Positions 59,838 to 64,000 of a DNA stretch of 64,000 nt are shown here, piece by piece. The DNA lies in the NCBI GenBank assembly GCA_015234045.1, contig JADFWU010000001.1:127943-191942 (forward strand), given 5' to 3'. The DNA comes from Magnetococcales bacterium (GTDB taxonomy: Bacteria > Pseudomonadota > Magnetococcia > Magnetococcales > JADFWU01). The notes under the pieces were generated by a model that was given only the letters and a program-made list of their open reading frames with translations, was not told where the DNA came from and made no database searches. The translations under genes were made by a program, and so were the position numbers. Numbering within the stretch: position 1 is the stretch's first letter; every line of letters begins with the position of its first letter.

Positions 59838-60829
59838 TTAACGCCCTTTTCCTTAAACACGACCTCATAATTGTCCAGGCTCCATTTCATAAACCGATCA
59901 GGATTCAGGGTATTATGGATAAAGCGCACTTCGTAATGAAGATGTGGACCGCTGCTCATTCCGGTGTTGCCAGTTTTGGCTATGATATCGCCTTTTTTAA
60001 CAAATTCACCATTGTCCACCAATACTTCGCTCAGATGACCATAGGAGGTTCTGAAACCATAATTGTGTCGCAAGATGACCAAGTTACCGTAGCCACTTTT
60101 CTTATGGAATCCACCAAATTCCACAACGCCATCACCGGTTGCGATGACCGGTGTACCAGTCTCAGCCCGAAGATCAACACCGGCATGAAACTCCTTACGC
60201 TTCAGCGTAGGATGGATGCGCGAACCGTAACTGCTGGTCACTCCCTTATAAGCTAATGGGTAACCATTGGGAACATTTGCAAGCATCTGCTGTTTTTGTG
60301 AGATGGTTGTACCGGCTTTTACAACCCGGTCCATCAGAGAACTGCCTTCTCTGGCAGAGACACCGATCAGACCTTCAAGGTCACCAATTCTTGAGCCGAT
60401 TGCCTGATTTTCTTTTTCGCGCCGATCAAGGATCAAACGCAGTTCTTGTTCTCGTTGAGCGATGACCAGACGGGCCAATTCCATCCGTTCAGGCAAGGTC
60501 AGATTGGGTGTTGCTTCCACACCAACCATTTGTTCGATAAAGTCTACTTTGTTGTCGAGTTCGTCAAACTCTTCCAACTTGCTGTTGATGGTGCGAGACA
60601 GATCGACATTTTCGTCTTGGAGTTGCGCCAAGCGTGCTTCAACATTCTGTTTTTTTGTTTGCAATTCAAAAAGGGAGCCCTGGAGATAAAAAATAAGTCC
60701 TAGGGTTAGCACCACCAGACCCAAGGCACCCAAAAGAAAATACCGGATGATATACCGAGTATTTTCGGGAACCTCAAAGTGTCGGGAGCCTGATGGCTCT
60801 GTGATAGTGACTGTGAATCGTTGACTCAT
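59759..60829 (-). CDS. Bitopic M23 (LytM-type) metallopeptidase with a coiled-coil region
   Basis: The HAGVD (HxxxD) and GPHLHYE (HxH) zinc motifs are intact. One N-terminal TM is followed by a long coiled coil. I place the start at ATG 60829 (MSQRF). Confidence 0.85.
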   Translation of the reverse strand: MSQRFTVTITEPSGSRHFEVPENTRYIIRYFLLGALGLVVLTLGLIFYLQGSLFELQTKKQNVEARLAQLQDENVDLSRTINSKLEEFDELDNKVDFIEQMVGVEATPNLTLPERMELARLVIAQREQELRLILDRREKENQAIGSRIGDLEGLIGVSAREGSSLMDRVVKAGTTISQKQQMLANVPNGYPLAYKGVTSSYGSRIHPTLKRKEFHAGVDLRAETGTPVIATGDGVVEFGGFHKKSGYGNLVILRHNYGFRTSYGHLSEVLVDNGEFVKKGDIIAKTGNTGMSSGPHLHYEVRFIHNTLNPDRFMKWSLDNYEVVFKEKGVKWQSLIKLVNRKLTNPTPPSLQLAQK

Positions 60830-61159
60830 GCGTAAGCACCGTCCTCTGATCCTGCAAAGATGGAACACATCCGAACAATGATAGCAGATCCATCATTGGT
60901 TCGTCACTTAGGATAATGCACTACTTATCGGTTTCAGGTGGCTATTCTGAAGGGATTTCTCTCAGAGGAAAAGCTTTTTTTTTCGATTTAAAATCCGATA
61001 GATGGGAATTTGACATAATGATTGATGTGAATTGAAAGATTGAGATAAACAGAGACTATCCATTTTGTCACTAAGTCTGGAAAATAAGCCGAAAAAATAA
61101 AAAATTGTCTCAGAATGTTTGAGAGGACGCCAAAATAATCGGCGAAAGTAAAAAATTAA

Positions 61160-62845
61160 TTAATTCTTCAATTCAGTTAAGATCTGTCGAACATCGGCGA
61201 GGTAGCCCATGGTCTTTTCGTGATCCTTTTTGCGTGCAGCCATGACAAGACGCAGCAAAGTAGGGCGTAATCCATCGGATTGAATGCGTTCAGCTGCATT
61301 TTTTAACCAGGTTCCTGCACGATCAGCAATATCTTCGTTGCCATCCGTAACAGCCTTTTCGAATAGCGCCAACTGCGATAAAGCGGCGGTATGAAGGGCA
61401 TCATCGGAGAGTTGATCAGGGTTCTGGATATCACCATCCATAGCAGGTGGTTGATCCAAAAGAACTTCTTCATGTACTGTTGCGTTCACGGATGTTTCAT
61501 TGGCGCGAATGGGCGTTTGCAGATAAAAAACGCTGCCGAAATTTTCCGCACTGACAAATCCCAACTGACCGCCCAATAGTTGAGTGAGTTTTTGTGCCAG
61601 GCTGAGGCCAAGCCCGGTGCCGCCAAATTGGCGTGTGGCATCGCCGTCACCTTGTATGAAGGTCTGGAATATCTGGCCTTTTCGTTGTTCGGCAATACCG
61701 ATACCACTGTCTTCAACAGAAAATCGAATGGTCGGTTCCTGCATTTTTTCTGAAATACTATAGCAAACTACCGAGATATCCACGACAACTCTACCGTGTT
61801 CAGTAAATTTTACCGCATTATCGCATAACTGGCTTACAATGGCCCGAAGGCGTTGGATGTCACCGATAAACATATCAGGCACATCGTGACGCACCCGCCC
61901 AAGAAAGCCGAGTCCTTTTTGGGCGGCTTTGTCAGAGAATACCTGGAAAAGTTGCTTCATTTCACTACGCATGAAAAAGGGCTTGGGCTTGAGTTTCAGG
62001 TTTCCGCTTTCCAGATGTGCAAAGTCCAACAGGCTGTTGATCAGGTCCAAAAGCCGATGAGATGATTGACTGACAATGTCGAGATTATGTTTATGTTCCT
62101 GATCAATATCCGCTGAGAGGACAAGTTCAGTCATGCCGATAATGGCGTTGAGCGGCGTACGCAATTCATGAGTCATGTTGTTGATAAAATTGGTTTTGGC
62201 GTGATTGGCCTCTTCCAACTGTTTGGTGCGCTCTTGAACTTTCTCTTCCAACTGCTCATTCAGTGCTTTAAGTGCCAGCTGTGTTTCTGAGAGCTGACGA
62301 TTGCGTTGTACAGCGTTTTCGTAGGTGGATACCAATAGATTGAGAATCTGACGGCGATTGGCGGTAACGAGATGTTCCTGATCAACAAACTGAACCACCA
62401 AGCCATCCGGCTGGCCTTCCTGGGTAGGTACTGTGCGGATTGGATGGTGAAGCAGGGTTTGGATACGCTCGAGTAGATCTTCGTCATCCCAAGGTTTGGT
62501 CAGATAGTTATCAGCACCCGCGCTTAAGCCTCGAATAACCTCTTGAGGATCGGCCAAACTGGTGAGAATCATCACCGGAATGTCCTTTAAAGTGCTGTCC
62601 AGCTTTATCTGACGGCACATCTGATACCCATCCATATTGGGCATGTTGATGTCACTGATAATCAGATGAGGTACAACTGCTGTCGCTTGTTCCAGACCGT
62701 GCTGACCATCATCGGCGGTATGTACCACAAAGCCATGCTTTTGAAGCAGGCGTTGCAGCATGACCCGTTGGATCGGGCTGTCTTCCACTATTAAAATAAT
62801 ATGGTCAGCATGTGCTGCGTTGCTGGTATCGTCTGAAGTAGCCAT
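61160..62845 (-). CDS. Hybrid histidine kinase (REC-HisKA-HATPase with a helical C-terminal extension)
   Basis: REC (ILIVEDSPIQ...IISDINMPNMDG), HisKA (MTHELRTPLN) and HATPase (DSGIGI, GTGLGLSLA) are present. About 110 helical C-terminal residues follow. Confidence 0.85.
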   Translation of the reverse strand: MATSDDTSNAAHADHIILIVEDSPIQRVMLQRLLQKHGFVVHTADDGQHGLEQATAVVPHLIISDINMPNMDGYQMCRQIKLDSTLKDIPVMILTSLADPQEVIRGLSAGADNYLTKPWDDEDLLERIQTLLHHPIRTVPTQEGQPDGLVVQFVDQEHLVTANRRQILNLLVSTYENAVQRNRQLSETQLALKALNEQLEEKVQERTKQLEEANHAKTNFINNMTHELRTPLNAIIGMTELVLSADIDQEHKHNLDIVSQSSHRLLDLINSLLDFAHLESGNLKLKPKPFFMRSEMKQLFQVFSDKAAQKGLGFLGRVRHDVPDMFIGDIQRLRAIVSQLCDNAVKFTEHGRVVVDISVVCYSISEKMQEPTIRFSVEDSGIGIAEQRKGQIFQTFIQGDGDATRQFGGTGLGLSLAQKLTQLLGGQLGFVSAENFGSVFYLQTPIRANETSVNATVHEEVLLDQPPAMDGDIQNPDQLSDDALHTAALSQLALFEKAVTDGNEDIADRAGTWLKNAAERIQSDGLRPTLLRLVMAARKKDHEKTMGYLADVRQILTELKN

Positions 62846-62859
62846 GGTCTATTTAGTGA

Positions 62860-63921
62860 CTATGTGTTGAGCAAACGTAACAGAGAGTCTGCGACATCCT
62901 GAATAGGTAATATTTTCTCAGCTGCACCCAATTGAATAGCTTGATTGGGCATACCAAATACAACGCAGGTCTCTTCATCCTGGGCAATGGTGTGTGCGCC
63001 ACTATTTCGCATGGCGTGCAGTCCGTCCGCACCATCGCGTCCCATACCGGTGAGCAGAACACCAATGGCTGATGCGCCAAACTGTTTAGCCACAGAAAAA
63101 AAGGTCTTATCAATGGCCGGGATATGGTGTTCGGCTTCATTGCCATGCTTCGACACGAAGCAACCGTTATCATCCAAAGTGAGATGGCGATCTTCGGGTG
63201 GAAAATAGATTGTGCCCGGTTGGGGATGTCTACCATGTTGGGCAATTTCAACGTTGAGCGGCGTATGGCTGTCAAGCCAACTGACCATTTCGTTGAGAAA
63301 TCCAGTACTGATGTGCTGAATACAGAGTATCGGAACTGGAAGATTACCGGGCAGTTCAGAAAAAATCTTTGCCAATGCTTGTGGACCACCAGTTGATGCA
63401 CCGATGGTGATCAGCCGAATATTTCTTGAACCGATTTTATGAGCTATATCACGCTTGGGGAGGGCATTATCAGTTGTAATGGTAGGGAGTACACGATTTT
63501 TCCGTGAATGACGGCGAATGGGCACTACACCTGATAGTACCTTGATTTTTCGTGTCAACTCCCGGCAGAGTCTGCGATTGTTTCCGTCCAAACCGCTACG
63601 AGGTTTGGGAAACACATCAACTGCACCAGCTTCCAGAAATTGAAAAACATTATGATTGTTGTCTGACTGAACAGAAATACTGATCGCCAGAATAGGCAGA
63701 GGCGCAATGCGCATGATCTCACGTGTCAGGGCGAGGCCATCCATTTTCGGCATGTGCAGGTCTGTACAGATCACCTGTGGTTTCAGGTGGGGGATCTGTT
63801 GCAGGGCATCCTTGCCGTCTGAAGCGGTGCCAACGACTTCAATCTCCGTCGAGGTGGCCAGCATCTTCTTCAGTACGCCTAAAGCCACTCGGGAGTCATC
63901 CACAAGCATTACCCGAATCAC
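62860..63921 (-). CDS. cheB: Chemotaxis response regulator protein-glutamate methylesterase
   Basis: An N-terminal REC is followed by the CheB esterase motifs GASTGGPQAL and GMGRDGA. The start codon is GTG. Confidence 0.9.
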   Translation of the reverse strand: MIRVMLVDDSRVALGVLKKMLATSTEIEVVGTASDGKDALQQIPHLKPQVICTDLHMPKMDGLALTREIMRIAPLPILAISISVQSDNNHNVFQFLEAGAVDVFPKPRSGLDGNNRRLCRELTRKIKVLSGVVPIRRHSRKNRVLPTITTDNALPKRDIAHKIGSRNIRLITIGASTGGPQALAKIFSELPGNLPVPILCIQHISTGFLNEMVSWLDSHTPLNVEIAQHGRHPQPGTIYFPPEDRHLTLDDNGCFVSKHGNEAEHHIPAIDKTFFSVAKQFGASAIGVLLTGMGRDGADGLHAMRNSGAHTIAQDEETCVVFGMPNQAIQLGAAEKILPIQDVADSLLRLLNT

Positions 63922-64000
63922 ACAAGTCTCCTCAAAGTTTCCAATAATTTCTTCTGTTCAAATGAACCTTTACTGATATAAGCATTGGCTCCTGCTTCCA
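63918..64000 (-). CDS. Partial CDS: C-terminal end of a receiver domain (probably a CheA-REC or CheV/CheY-type chemotaxis protein)
   Basis: The reverse strand reads ...EAGANAYISKGSFEQKKLLETLRRLV*. Its stop overlaps the cheB GTG (GTGA). The gene is truncated by the window edge. Confidence 0.4.
   Translation of the reverse strand, partial: EAGANAYISKGSFEQKKLLETLRRLV

Overview
This looks like a chromosomal segment from a Gram-negative, Pseudomonadota-type bacterium. I cannot fix the lineage from sequence alone. About two thirds is ordinary housekeeping: fur, gltA, ilvB-ilvH-ilvC, psd, pssA, leuA, lepA-lepB-DUF4845-rnc-era-recO, a Trm112-like gene, a CNNM/CorC transporter, queG, nadA, dtd, a fused 5-oxoprolinase and a bactofilin/M23 pair. 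The window is also very rich in two-component, Hpt, GGDEF and chemotaxis signalling genes. These include a CHASE2 kinase, four hybrid kinases, two further sensor histidine kinases, two stand-alone Hpt proteins, cheB, and a tightly overlapping SBP-HK-RR-hybrid HK operon.

Three stretches look accessory, meaning lower GC by eye, poor coding density, or decayed genes:
- About 19.5-23.3 kb: an AT-rich spacer with a small TM peptide and a frameshifted gene, an orphan 6-TM protein, and a DUF928-like secreted protein.
- About 33.5-36.5 kb: a heptad-repeat membrane protein, two decayed IS200/COG1943 (RAYT-like) transposase genes, and four copies of a REP-like motif that bracket cargo genes.
- About 38.65-43.63 kb: a truncated HD-gene remnant, a SAMHD1-like HD phosphohydrolase start/stop-coupled to a ChaN/Tiki-PDZ protein, and a secreted caspase-like (apparently Cys-less) FGE-sulfatase fusion.

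The most interesting non-coding signal is a ~140-nt intergenic element present twice, downstream of fur and downstream of the CNNM gene, with RNA-like stem conservation. I saw no rRNA, tRNA, CRISPR array, intact transposase or reverse transcriptase. All domain calls come from motif recognition by eye and need HMM or BLAST confirmation.
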